A stretch of 64,000 bases of DNA from assembly GCA_041753535.1 (NCBI GenBank), contig JBGSUB010000080.1:92208-156207 (forward strand), in the 5' to 3' direction. Below the pieces are notes generated by a model, which searched no databases, was not told the DNA's origin, and worked only from the letters and a program-made list of their open reading frames with translations. This DNA is from Lentimicrobiaceae bacterium. Lineage in GTDB: Bacteria; Bacteroidota; Bacteroidia; Bacteroidales; UBA4417. Each line of letters starts with the position of its first letter. The first letter of the stretch is position 1. A program made the translations under genes and the position numbers. Positions 28,473 through 38,138 of this stretch are shown here, piece by piece.

Positions 28473-30949
28473 TGGATAATAATCTCCCCAACTACAACGA
28501 AATTCAGCAGGAGCAATCCGTTGACATTAAAGCCCTGTATTACAAGTTTCTTAGCTACTGGTACCTGTTTTTCATCACAATAGTACTTGTGATGATTATT
28601 GCATTTTTATTTAATAAATATACCAAACCGGTATATAAAGTTAAGTCAACAGTACTCATAACCGAAGAAAAAGGAGGCCTTAGCGATGCCCAGTCGTTGC
28701 TTGGATTCGGGAATATTACCAATACACAAAAACTACAGAACCAGATCGGAATATTAAAATCACGTTCCCTTGTTTCGCGAACGCTGAAATCACTGAACTT
28801 TAATGTTTCGTGTTACCAGGAGGATAATTTTATTACTTCTGAAATTTATGAAGAATCACCGTTTAATGTGATAATTGACACTTCCCATCTGCAACCGGTC
28901 GGAAACGTGAAATTTTATATAACAATCTTATCCGATAGGGAATACCGGCTTGAAGCTGAGGGACAGGAACTGATGCTATACGATTACAGGACTTTCGCTG
29001 ATATAAATAAAAAAATCCCTTTACTGAAGTATGACAAAAAACATAGTTTCGGTGAAAATGTTGCTAACGAGGCGTTTGGTTTTCGTTTGGAAAAAAGTTT
29101 AAAATTCGATCCTAAAACATCCGTCAATATTCGTTACTTTTTTACTTTCAACACGTTAAATGCAATGATAAGCCAGTTTTCGGGTTATGAAATAGAACCA
29201 ATAAACAAAGAGGCTTCTATTGTTGAAATATCGCTGAAAGGCAATAATTCGCAAAAGGCGGTTGATTTTCTCAATCAGCTTACGCAAGAATATATCAGGC
29301 AAGGCCTGGAAAAGAAAAACCAGATTGCTATAAATACTATTCTTTTCATTGATAGTCAGTTACTTGAAATACGTGACTCACTTAATACAAACGAGACGGT
29401 CTTACAGAATTTCAGGACAAACAACCAGATTATGAATCTTGACGTTCAAGCACAACAGGTTTATACAAGTATTACCGAGCTTGAAAAAGAAAAGGCAATC
29501 CTGCTTGTTAAAGCAAAGTATTACGCTAACCTGAAAGAATATATTCAGAAAAATAAAGATGACATCAATGGAGTGGTTGTCCCTTCATCAATGGGTATTG
29601 ACGATCCGGTTTTGACACAGATTCTGAACCAACTTCAGGAGCTTTATACTGAAAAAGCAGAACGGCTTATAAGTACCAAGCCCAACAATCCCATGGTTTT
29701 GGCAATAGATCAGAAAATAGCTAATACTAAAAAAGCACTTACTGAAAGTATAAATAATATTGTAAAGACCTCGGACATAAGTATTAAGGATATTGAATCA
29801 CGTATTGATAAACTCTCCGGATTTTTCCGTAACCTTCCCGCCACGCAGCGGCAATTGATCGGGTTTGAAAGAAAATATAATCTGAACGATGCCATATACA
29901 CTTACCTGCTTCAAAAACGTTCGGAAGCTGCCATTACCAAAGCAAGCAATACTCCTGATAATGAAATAGTTGATATTGCTGATCCGGTAGTTAAAGAGCA
30001 GGTTTTTCCTAAAACAAGTCTCAATTATACCATTGCATTTCTGTTGGGCTTTATCATTCCACTTCTCTATATTTTAGGTAAGGATTACCTGAATGATAAG
30101 ATTGTAAACAAAAACGATATCGAAAAACATACCAATCTGCCTGTTATAGGGCACGTGCTGCACAACAAACACGAAAGCAATATTGTGGCTTACAATTCCC
30201 CAAAATCAGCAATTGCCGAATCGTTCAGGGCACTTCGCACTAACCTGCAATATATGACACCGGGGAAAGAGAGATTCACAATTCTTATAACCAGCACCAG
30301 TGTGAGTGAAGGAAAAACATTTACCTCCATGAACCTGGCTTGTATTTACGCACAGTTTAACCGTAAAACCTTACTGATGGGTTATGATTTGCGTAAGCCA
30401 AAAATTTACCAGGATTTTGGGCTTAAGAATACTGCCGGTATATCCTCTTTCCTTATCGGTAAACATACACTTGAAGAGATTATCCAGAAATCGTCGATAC
30501 CCAGTCTTGATATTATTTCAGCTGGACCGGTTCCTCCAAATCCTGCAGAACTTATCGCTTCACCCCTCAATGTTACCTTATTGAAACAGTTGCAGGAAAT
30601 ATACGACTATATTATTATTGACACTCCACCGGTAGGTATTGTTACTGATGCTTTCCTGCTTATTCCATACACGGATGTAAATATTTTACTCGTTCGCCAA
30701 AACCTGACGAATAAAAAGGTTTTTGAATCCATTGCCAGTGATTTTGAAAAGCGGAATGTGCCTCATACCACCGTACTTGTTAATGATGTGAAACCCGACA
30801 GGGCCGGTGCCGGTTACGGATATGGCTACGGTTATGGTTACGGTTATGGTTACGGTTACGGACATGGATACGGATATGGTTACTATTCGGATGATGCAAA
30901 GAAAGATGAAGAAGCCACCTTGTTTAACCGTATGTTCAATAAGTCATGA
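28472..30949 (+). CDS. polysaccharide co-polymerase / tyrosine autokinase (Wzc/GumC-like)
   Basis: Two TM segments flanking a coiled-coil chain-length-determinant region. C-terminal P-loop kinase (ITSTSVSEGKT, YIIIDTPP). Tyr-rich tail (GY)8-GH-(GY)3-Y. Confidence 0.9.
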   Translation: MDNNLPNYNEIQQEQSVDIKALYYKFLSYWYLFFITIVLVMIIAFLFNKYTKPVYKVKSTVLITEEKGGLSDAQSLLGFGNITNTQKLQNQIGILKSRSLVSRTLKSLNFNVSCYQEDNFITSEIYEESPFNVIIDTSHLQPVGNVKFYITILSDREYRLEAEGQELMLYDYRTFADINKKIPLLKYDKKHSFGENVANEAFGFRLEKSLKFDPKTSVNIRYFFTFNTLNAMISQFSGYEIEPINKEASIVEISLKGNNSQKAVDFLNQLTQEYIRQGLEKKNQIAINTILFIDSQLLEIRDSLNTNETVLQNFRTNNQIMNLDVQAQQVYTSITELEKEKAILLVKAKYYANLKEYIQKNKDDINGVVVPSSMGIDDPVLTQILNQLQELYTEKAERLISTKPNNPMVLAIDQKIANTKKALTESINNIVKTSDISIKDIESRIDKLSGFFRNLPATQRQLIGFERKYNLNDAIYTYLLQKRSEAAITKASNTPDNEIVDIADPVVKEQVFPKTSLNYTIAFLLGFIIPLLYILGKDYLNDKIVNKNDIEKHTNLPVIGHVLHNKHESNIVAYNSPKSAIAESFRALRTNLQYMTPGKERFTILITSTSVSEGKTFTSMNLACIYAQFNRKTLLMGYDLRKPKIYQDFGLKNTAGISSFLIGKHTLEEIIQKSSIPSLDIISAGPVPPNPAELIASPLNVTLLKQLQEIYDYIIIDTPPVGIVTDAFLLIPYTDVNILLVRQNLTNKKVFESIASDFEKRNVPHTTVLVNDVKPDRAGAGYGYGYGYGYGYGYGYGHGYGYGYYSDDAKKDEEATLFNRMFNKS
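30812..30886 (+). repeat. imperfect hexanucleotide (GGN-TAY) repeat encoding the (Gly-Tyr)n tail of the autokinase
   Basis: 12 consecutive GGN-TAY/CAT units plus TAT. Codons alternate ggt/gga/ggc and tac/tat. Confidence 0.9.
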
Positions 30950-30985
30950 TTTGATTGACAGCAAAAGCTACATACCTGAAATTTT

Positions 30986-31016
30986 AAAAAGGGGCTGTTT
31001 ATAACAGCCCCTTTTT
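30986..31016. terminator. bidirectional intrinsic terminator between convergent genes
   Basis: AAAAA-GGGGCTGTT-TAT-AACAGCCCC-TTTTT: perfect 9-bp stem (30991-30999 / 31003-31011) flanked by A5 and T5. Confidence 0.85.
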
Positions 31017-31038
31017 AATGTATATCTGACGTGAAATT

Positions 31039-34000
31039 CTACTTGAATGCTTTCTCAAGCAAGCCATCACCGCTCAGCTTCAGCCTGTCGAAATAGGAAG
31101 GAACTTCCTTACCCATCAGTTTGTCGACATAAATTTTTGCAAGATATTGACCAAGCATAAATCCCTGTCCGCGGAAACCGACAAATAGTCCAAGGTCGGG
31201 ATCGAGAATCATGCGTGGTTCAACATAATAACCGGCCCATACCGCCTGAAAACCAACCGACGAAAGTTGTGGCAACCAGTCGACAAATACCTCAGAAACT
31301 ATTTCGAGAAATTCCTTGGAGTTTATTTTCAGATTTTTATCCGTTTCCATTGGCTCAACCTGGGGCGATGCACAACCGATAATCTGGCCGGTTTCACCCA
31401 ACTGCTGGCCGTAAACGGCAGTAAAACCTTTGTATTTCCGGCGATCGATAAGCATATCGAGCGGTTGCCCGTTAATTCCCATATTTGGCAGGCGCCGGGT
31501 TATAAATGCCTGGTGTTTAACAGGATATAAACCAGTTTCTATACTAAGCTGCTTTGAGAATTTATCCGCTTCGGGGCCTAAAGAGTTAACAAAATGAGGT
31601 GTGTGGAATTCAACATATTTCTTTTCGTGATCCCTGGTCAGGACGATAAATTTTCCGTTTTCTTTTCTAACATCAAGAAGCTGGCAATCTTCATAAATTC
31701 GTCCGCCCTTTTCAACTCCAATTCGTCGGATCAGGTCGATAACACGGCCTGGTGTGGCCTGCCAGCAATCGCGGGTGATAAGCGCAGCCTGGTAATGCTT
31801 GCCAAGGGTTGGATTGATATTAGGCGAAATCTCTTTTTGATAATCTTTTGGGTCAACCATATATGCATCTGACCAGGAACGGGAATCTTCCAAAGCCTTG
31901 AATGTTGCATCATCGTGCGCAAAGTTTACATACCTGGTCGAAAGGAAATTAATATCACGGATTTTCTGCAGTTCCTTGAAAATTTCGAGGTTGTGGCGGG
32001 CTATATCAGCAATTTCGGGTAAACTGAATGCTGGGCGGCCACCGGCAATATTCCGCCATGATGCACCACGTCCATAATTGATCAATGCAGGTTTTAACCC
32101 GGCTTCGGCCATATACCGGAACAATGCGCTTCCACCGATTCCGCCCCCGGCTATCAAAGCGTGAACTTCTACAATTCGTGCAGCGCTTTTGCTGTTGTTG
32201 ATAATGATATTTTCACGTACATTTTTGGGAAACAATTCTCCCATTGCCAACTGGTTGCTTAACGGGCCACGTGGTGTAGCATCGCCAACAATGCTGACTC
32301 CCTTGTTACGCATAACTTGTTTAAGCCTTCGGATGCAGCGCTTTCCGCGGCAGGCACCCATTCCCAAACGAGTGGTATGTTTTATTTCGTCAACCGAAAT
32401 AAATTTTCTGTCACCAATGGTTGTTACAATTTCACTTAAAGTAACATCATCGCAATGGCATACATACATTTCGTGCCCACTTTCGTACGAAGTAGATTTC
32501 ATGACGATGGTTTCGGGGTATTTTTCTTTTAAAATAAATCCGCGGACATCAAGAAGTGTTTCACCATGAATATCAAGGGCTTTCACTCGTGCTATATCTG
32601 TTTTATTCGGTTTTTTAAGTATTTTTTCAATAATGCCGTTACCAAGTATTTTACCCTGGTTATCAACAAGGTACACTTCTTTCTTCTCTTCGGCAAAGTA
32701 CTCGATGGGAAGGAAAACCCAGTCTTTTTTTGGTGCATACCCGAAAATTGCCAGACCAGGGCATTGATACACACAATCCATACAGCCCACACATTTTTCG
32801 AAATCGAGCTGAGGAACCGTGCTTGTTGAGGTTTTGGTAATAGCTCCGTGCGGACAGGCGAATTCGCATGGATTGCAGGCGAAACCATATAAGCAGTCGA
32901 TCTGCACAAATGGTTTTTCATTAAATCGTTCCTTCGTCGGGCGGTATGGTTCCTGTATTACCCGGTGCGGATGTTGCTGCGAATCAATATATTCCTTCGA
33001 AACATTCAGATAAGCATCATAATTGATATTTTCACCCATATCCTGCAATATCTCGTAAGCAACCTGGTTGCCGCGCAACACAGCACTGGTTCCTTCACCT
33101 ATGCGGATCGCATCGCCTGCCCCGTAACAATTGCGCCCAAAAATTTCATTTCCTTTAATGATAAGCTGATCATCAGCTACAAGCCCTGTGCAGATATTTA
33201 TTACATCTATATCCCCTATTATTTTCTCCGTTCCCGGAACGGGTTCAAAGTTTTTACAATCGGCGACAACGGCACCAATAATTCCGGTATTGTCTTCGTT
33301 AGGCAAGGCTTTCAGAAGTATGTGCGATGTCAGAATCGGAATTCCCAAACGACGGACACGGTTAGCCTGTACCGGGAAACCGCCTTCGTTGGGCTGAGCT
33401 TCGATAATGGCTTTAACTTCGGCACCGGCCTGCATGAGCTGATAGGAAGTAAGATAACCAATATTTCCGGCTCCTACAGTAAGCACTTTTTTGCCAAGAA
33501 GGGTGAGTTCGTTGTTCATCATTTTCTGAACAACGGCGGCAGTATAAACGCCAGGCAGATCATCGTTTTCGAATGTCGGCATGAAAGGTACAGCTCCTGT
33601 GGCAACCACCATATATTCGGCATCGACGTAGTAGATTTCTTCCGTTTCGATGTTTTTTACGGCAATTCGCTTGCCTTCGAGTATGTCCCAGACTGTGCTG
33701 TTGAGAAAAATCCCTTCGTGGTTGTCACCGGCTAAAGTTTTAGCAATATCAAACCCGCGCATGCCGCCAAACTTCTTCTCTTTTTCGAAAAAGAAAAACT
33801 GGTGCGTCTGCATCAGGAACTGTCCGCCGATTTTATCATTGTTATCGATAACAATATTGTCAACTCCCTGTTTCAGCAACTCCTCGCGGCAAGCTAATCC
33901 GGCAGGGCCTGCACCGATAATGGCAACGGTTGTTTTATAAACATCAATAGGTTTTTCGGTATTAACCGGACGTGCTTCGGGTGAAAAATCGTGAGGGATT

Positions 34001-34290
34001 TCGCTTACCTCTTTCACATTGTCCACCTTGGTGATGCAGATACGACGGATCTGGCCGTCGACAAGCATTTCGCAGGCACCGCATTTCCCGATTCCGCATT
34101 CGAGGCTTCGCTCGCGATTTGATAAACTATGGCTATGCACAGGGAAACCTGCCTGGTGTAAAGCAGCCGCTATGGTAAATCCTTTTTCGCCGGTTACAGT
34201 TGTTCCTTCAAATTTAAAGCTAAGCTTTTCGAAAACAGGTATTTCAAGGATAGGATGTTCAGTAATTTTATTCATATTCGCTGAATTCAA
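31039..34290 (-). CDS. 1083-aa fused multi-cofactor oxidoreductase: 2Fe-2S (HcnA-like), pyridine-nucleotide-disulfide oxidoreductase, 4Fe-4S dicluster, BFD-like 2Fe-2S (HcnB-like) and DAO-type FAD oxidoreductase (HcnC / sarcosine-oxidase-beta-like)
   Basis: ECGIGKCGACEMLVDG; VAIIGAGPAGLA and LTVGAGNIGYL Rossmann motifs; CNPCEFACP...CVGCMDCVYQCP; CHCDDV...GACRGKRC; ALIAGGGIGGSA followed by a DAO-like C-terminal half. Confidence 0.8.
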   Translation of the reverse strand: MNSANMNKITEHPILEIPVFEKLSFKFEGTTVTGEKGFTIAAALHQAGFPVHSHSLSNRERSLECGIGKCGACEMLVDGQIRRICITKVDNVKEVSEIPHDFSPEARPVNTEKPIDVYKTTVAIIGAGPAGLACREELLKQGVDNIVIDNNDKIGGQFLMQTHQFFFFEKEKKFGGMRGFDIAKTLAGDNHEGIFLNSTVWDILEGKRIAVKNIETEEIYYVDAEYMVVATGAVPFMPTFENDDLPGVYTAAVVQKMMNNELTLLGKKVLTVGAGNIGYLTSYQLMQAGAEVKAIIEAQPNEGGFPVQANRVRRLGIPILTSHILLKALPNEDNTGIIGAVVADCKNFEPVPGTEKIIGDIDVINICTGLVADDQLIIKGNEIFGRNCYGAGDAIRIGEGTSAVLRGNQVAYEILQDMGENINYDAYLNVSKEYIDSQQHPHRVIQEPYRPTKERFNEKPFVQIDCLYGFACNPCEFACPHGAITKTSTSTVPQLDFEKCVGCMDCVYQCPGLAIFGYAPKKDWVFLPIEYFAEEKKEVYLVDNQGKILGNGIIEKILKKPNKTDIARVKALDIHGETLLDVRGFILKEKYPETIVMKSTSYESGHEMYVCHCDDVTLSEIVTTIGDRKFISVDEIKHTTRLGMGACRGKRCIRRLKQVMRNKGVSIVGDATPRGPLSNQLAMGELFPKNVRENIIINNSKSAARIVEVHALIAGGGIGGSALFRYMAEAGLKPALINYGRGASWRNIAGGRPAFSLPEIADIARHNLEIFKELQKIRDINFLSTRYVNFAHDDATFKALEDSRSWSDAYMVDPKDYQKEISPNINPTLGKHYQAALITRDCWQATPGRVIDLIRRIGVEKGGRIYEDCQLLDVRKENGKFIVLTRDHEKKYVEFHTPHFVNSLGPEADKFSKQLSIETGLYPVKHQAFITRRLPNMGINGQPLDMLIDRRKYKGFTAVYGQQLGETGQIIGCASPQVEPMETDKNLKINSKEFLEIVSEVFVDWLPQLSSVGFQAVWAGYYVEPRMILDPDLGLFVGFRGQGFMLGQYLAKIYVDKLMGKEVPSYFDRLKLSGDGLLEKAFK

Positions 34291-34391
34291 AATGTTTTGT
34301 TAATTGCTCTTTTCAGAGTTTCACGGAGCAAAATTATGTTTTTTATCCGCCTGTTATTCAAATAACAGATAATTTAGAAAGAGTATTTATT

Positions 34392-34430
34392 GGAGGGGTT
34401 AGGAGTTAGGGGTTAGGGATTGGGGATGGG
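34392..34430 (+). repeat. G-rich TTAGGG-type word repeat (GGAGGGGTTAGGAGTTAGGGGTTAGGGATTGGGGATGGG)
   Basis: Read directly. The last four G-runs, GGGG-tta-GGG-att-GGGG-at-GGG, fit a canonical G-quadruplex pattern. Lies in the divergent promoter region. Confidence 0.8.
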
Positions 34431-34523
34431 AGAAAAAGAATAATTAAGTTGATGATTGCTTTTATATCCAATAAATTTATATGTATTTTTGAAATAAATT
34501 CTCAGATTAAACTTTGTTAATCT

Positions 34524-35609
34524 ATGGAAAAATTTTATGATAACCTTCTGTTAATCTATTATTCCGGCACCGGTAACTCGAACCGTGTATCGGAATGGAT
34601 ACAGGAAGTTGCACAAAAAGGCGAAATGAAAACCCATATCGCTTCTTTTCATCAATTCAATCCGGATGATATAGCTGACTTTGAAGGAAAAACCCTCATC
34701 GGGTTTTTCTCTGCAACGCATGGCTTTAATATGCCACATTCCATGCTTAAATTCCTTTTTGGATTTAAGTTGCTGAAAGGATCAGATGTATTTATCGGGA
34801 ATACACGAGCCGGGATGAAACTATGGAAACTTTTTATGCCAGGTCTGAGTGGAATTGCCATGTATTTCCCTGCATTGATCATGCTATTAAAAGGATATAA
34901 ACTAAAAGCCATGTACCCGGTTGACCTGCCATCGAACTGGATTTCGCTTCACCCTGGCCTGCGGAAGAAAGTGATTGATTCGATGGCTGAACATTACGAG
35001 AAACTTACAAAAAATTTTGCCGGAAAAGTCCTTTTAGGTAAACGGGTATTTCTTAAATCCTTTGTTCTACTTCCCCTCGACATTTTGGTTGCACCCATAG
35101 CTTTCGGGTATTATTTTGTCGGAAGGTACATAATTGCCAAAACATTTATTGCCAACAGTAACTGTAACCTTTGTGGAATATGTATTGAGCAATGTCCTAC
35201 GAAGTCTATTATTCTGGCCGACAACCGACCTTACTGGAAATTCAGTTGCGAAAGCTGTATGAAATGCATGAATTATTGCCCTCAAAGAGCAATTGAAACA
35301 GCGCATTCTATGTTATTCCTTATACTTCTGGTTCTTATTCAGTTTGTTAACCCTTTCATTTCTGACAAGGTTACCGACTTGGTTGCGTCGTTATTCGGAC
35401 ATTCCCGTGTAGCTTTCGAATCCATTTATTTTGTGATTCAATGGTCGGTTGCATTGTTGTTTTTCTTTTTGGGGTACAAACTGCTGCATTACCTGATGGG
35501 ATTCCCAAGGGTTAATAAAATACTGACTTACACTACATTAACAACATGGAAATTCTGGAGGCGGTATAAAATGCCGAAGCATGTGTCTGCACACCCGAAG
35601 GGTGACTGA
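34524..35609 (+). CDS. EFR1-family ferredoxin (flavodoxin-like domain, 4Fe-4S dicluster, C-terminal TM helices)
   Basis: LLIYYSGTGNSNRV flavodoxin-like N-terminus. CNLCGICIEQCP and CESCMKCMNYCP clusters. Hydrophobic C-terminal segments. Confidence 0.75.
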   Translation: MEKFYDNLLLIYYSGTGNSNRVSEWIQEVAQKGEMKTHIASFHQFNPDDIADFEGKTLIGFFSATHGFNMPHSMLKFLFGFKLLKGSDVFIGNTRAGMKLWKLFMPGLSGIAMYFPALIMLLKGYKLKAMYPVDLPSNWISLHPGLRKKVIDSMAEHYEKLTKNFAGKVLLGKRVFLKSFVLLPLDILVAPIAFGYYFVGRYIIAKTFIANSNCNLCGICIEQCPTKSIILADNRPYWKFSCESCMKCMNYCPQRAIETAHSMLFLILLVLIQFVNPFISDKVTDLVASLFGHSRVAFESIYFVIQWSVALLFFFLGYKLLHYLMGFPRVNKILTYTTLTTWKFWRRYKMPKHVSAHPKGD

Positions 35610-35664
35610 ACACATGCTGGCTTGCAGGATTGTAAATTATAAAAAATTTGGATTTTACTTTGGG

Positions 35665-35709
35665 GAGTTTTGTGTGCAGACACCTTTCAGGTGTTCAGAC
35701 ACAAAACTC
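35665..35709. terminator. long hairpin between convergent genes (probable bidirectional terminator)
   Basis: GAGTTTTGTGT...ACACCT-ttc-AGGTGT...ACACAAAACTC: 11-bp plus 6-bp helices with an internal loop. No strong U-tract. Confidence 0.5.
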
Positions 35710-35727
35710 ACCTCTGCAAACACAAAG

Positions 35728-38073
35728 CTAAAACATAACCGGTAAATTCATAGCAACTTTCACAGGTTTGCCATTTTGCATACCTGGTTTCCATTTCCCA
35801 CTGGTAAGTTTTATAACTCTTAAGGCTTCCTCATCACAACCGCCACCAATACCGCGAAGGACTTTTACATCAGTAACTTTTCCTTTTTTATCGACTGTGA
35901 AACTGACATAAACACTTCCTTTTATGCCTTTCTCTTTTGCCTGTTGCGGATAGTTAATACTTGCAGCCAGAAATGCCTCTAAACCCATTTCTCCCCCGAT
36001 AAATTCCGGCATGGTTTCCACAACAATAAAAGGCATTTCACTTTCTTCTTTTACCTTGATTACGTCATTGGATTGAACTTCCTGAACGGTACATCCAGTT
36101 GATCTTTTCTCCATTGGAACTTTGTAAGCCGAAATAGTAACACCTCCAACTGCATGATCACTAACACCTTCAGGCAGAGGCAATGGCTGGTTAACTGTTG
36201 TTGAATTGCTTTCCTTGTTACGGATGTCATTATCAATCGCTATAAACGACGTATAGGCCGTCAACAGGTTGTATTTCAGCCCAAGTTCAATAATGGCTGG
36301 CTTATACTCATCTGTGCCATTGTATCCGCTTGATGCATAATCGCTTAATGTTCGTATGCGTTCCCGGGCCCACAGATACCTGATTGCTGAATTCGATTCT
36401 GATATTTTTGCTGTGCTGGCAAGTAGTCTGCTTTCATATTCACCTTCGCCGTTCAGGCCTTTTATAGTAATATTACCCGATGGTGTGCCCCTGTATTTGC
36501 CAAAAATAATCACTGGCCTTTCGGAAAAAACATCCGGAACGCTAAGGGGTTCTAAATCATAAACATCAAAATTGTTGTAGCTTACGCTGATATGCGTTAA
36601 TACAGGGTTTTGAACATATTTCCTGAACTTTTCAGCAATTGCTTCAGCTTCATCGGGTTTTGTTATCACGAAAGGCATTCCCATTCCAACATGAGCCAAG
36701 CCTTCTATTAATAAACGATTAACTGAAGTCCCTATTCCGAAAGCGAAGAAATTGGCTTTGTCCATGTTTTTACGAATAAGGTCAAAAGCTTCCTTTTCGA
36801 CAGTTACATATCCATCGGTTGCAATTACAAAGCTCCGGGCAAAACCTTCAGTACCTTTCAAATTGAGTGCTCTTTTCAAGGCTGGCAACAGTTCAGTACC
36901 ACCTCCACCCTGCTCGTGATCAATAAAATTTATAGCTTTTTCAATATTGGCTCCATTGGCCGAAAGCGAAGTTTCACTTAACAGATTTGAAGCTCCGGCA
37001 AATAATAAAACATTAAAGCGATCAGTCGAATGCAGGTTTCCGATAAGATCGCGAAGCAGCTTTTTCGAAATATCAAGAGGGTAGCCATTCATGGAACCTG
37101 ATACGTCAACAATAAATACGTATTCACGCGGAGGAATTACTGAGAGTTTAACTTGTTTTGGAGGCTGAATCATTGCCAGGAAGAAATTTTCATCCTTTCC
37201 TGGGTAAAACAGTATTCCTGACTGTACCTTATTACCTGCCAGCCGGTATTTCAGGATAAAATCGCGGTTACCACCCTGCTTTTCTTCCGGCTTTAGCCTA
37301 ATAACGGCATCAGAAGGACTGTCAAATTTTATATCCGTTTTGTGCGAGGTACACATTACATCACTTACCGGCATTCCTGCATTAAGATCACATTTCAGGC
37401 TGAAGGTGTACAATGGATTTTCACCTTCGTGTGTATACGGATTGCCAACCCACTGCTCGCGGGGCGTAGCCGTAACTGCAGGCTGGTTGCTATAGCGGGG
37501 ACCAACTACGGTAGGATAAACAAATTCATAAACGCCGTCTTCGGGTACCAGCAGTTCTGTGTACCTGAGTTCAACACGGATGCGATCGCCGGGCATTATA
37601 TTGGCAACGTTCATCTGGAAAACATTGGGCCTTTCCTGCTCCAGCAGCGAAGCACTTTTACCCTGCTGTTTGGCGGCTTCGTAATCGAGTTGTGCTTGTT
37701 CGCGTTCCGAAATTTTTGCAATTATTGTGCGTTCACCTATTGTCATTTTCATACTGTAAACAGCAGCGCGGGTCGAAGCCGGAAACACATAAATCGCTTC
37801 AATCGGTTTTTTGCCTTCGTTGGCATATTCCTGAACCACGCTTACATCGGCTATAACTCCTGCGATATTTACCTCCGCCGAAGTAGCCTTAAGCGGAAGC
37901 TGATCGAGGTTCGGATTATCGGATTTTACAAAGAAATAGGGTGAAAGGGTTTTATCAGGTTCGGACTTCTGAGCGGGAGAGAATTGCCGTGAGGAGGCAA
38001 TCATGGTTCCTGCTGAAATAAGTATTATTGGCAGCGCACCAAATAATGTATGGAAAATAAGTCTTGTTTTCAT
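35728..38073 (-). CDS. VIT domain, von Willebrand A domain and C-terminal TonB_C domain protein
   Basis: N-terminal signal/TM. VIT-like SPYFFVKSD...LPLKATSAEVNIAGVIADVSVVQEY. vWA with MIDAS FIVDVSGSM. C-terminal ETMPEFIGG...GSVYVSFTVDKKGKVTDVKVLRGIGGGCDEEALRVI...KPGMQNGKPV. Confidence 0.85.
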   Translation of the reverse strand: MKTRLIFHTLFGALPIILISAGTMIASSRQFSPAQKSEPDKTLSPYFFVKSDNPNLDQLPLKATSAEVNIAGVIADVSVVQEYANEGKKPIEAIYVFPASTRAAVYSMKMTIGERTIIAKISEREQAQLDYEAAKQQGKSASLLEQERPNVFQMNVANIMPGDRIRVELRYTELLVPEDGVYEFVYPTVVGPRYSNQPAVTATPREQWVGNPYTHEGENPLYTFSLKCDLNAGMPVSDVMCTSHKTDIKFDSPSDAVIRLKPEEKQGGNRDFILKYRLAGNKVQSGILFYPGKDENFFLAMIQPPKQVKLSVIPPREYVFIVDVSGSMNGYPLDISKKLLRDLIGNLHSTDRFNVLLFAGASNLLSETSLSANGANIEKAINFIDHEQGGGGTELLPALKRALNLKGTEGFARSFVIATDGYVTVEKEAFDLIRKNMDKANFFAFGIGTSVNRLLIEGLAHVGMGMPFVITKPDEAEAIAEKFRKYVQNPVLTHISVSYNNFDVYDLEPLSVPDVFSERPVIIFGKYRGTPSGNITIKGLNGEGEYESRLLASTAKISESNSAIRYLWARERIRTLSDYASSGYNGTDEYKPAIIELGLKYNLLTAYTSFIAIDNDIRNKESNSTTVNQPLPLPEGVSDHAVGGVTISAYKVPMEKRSTGCTVQEVQSNDVIKVKEESEMPFIVVETMPEFIGGEMGLEAFLAASINYPQQAKEKGIKGSVYVSFTVDKKGKVTDVKVLRGIGGGCDEEALRVIKLTSGKWKPGMQNGKPVKVAMNLPVMF

Positions 38074-38138
38074 AGCGGGTAAATTTGAAGTAATAAGTGT
38101 TGAAATAATTGTTGAATAATTTCTTCTAAATCAGTTTC

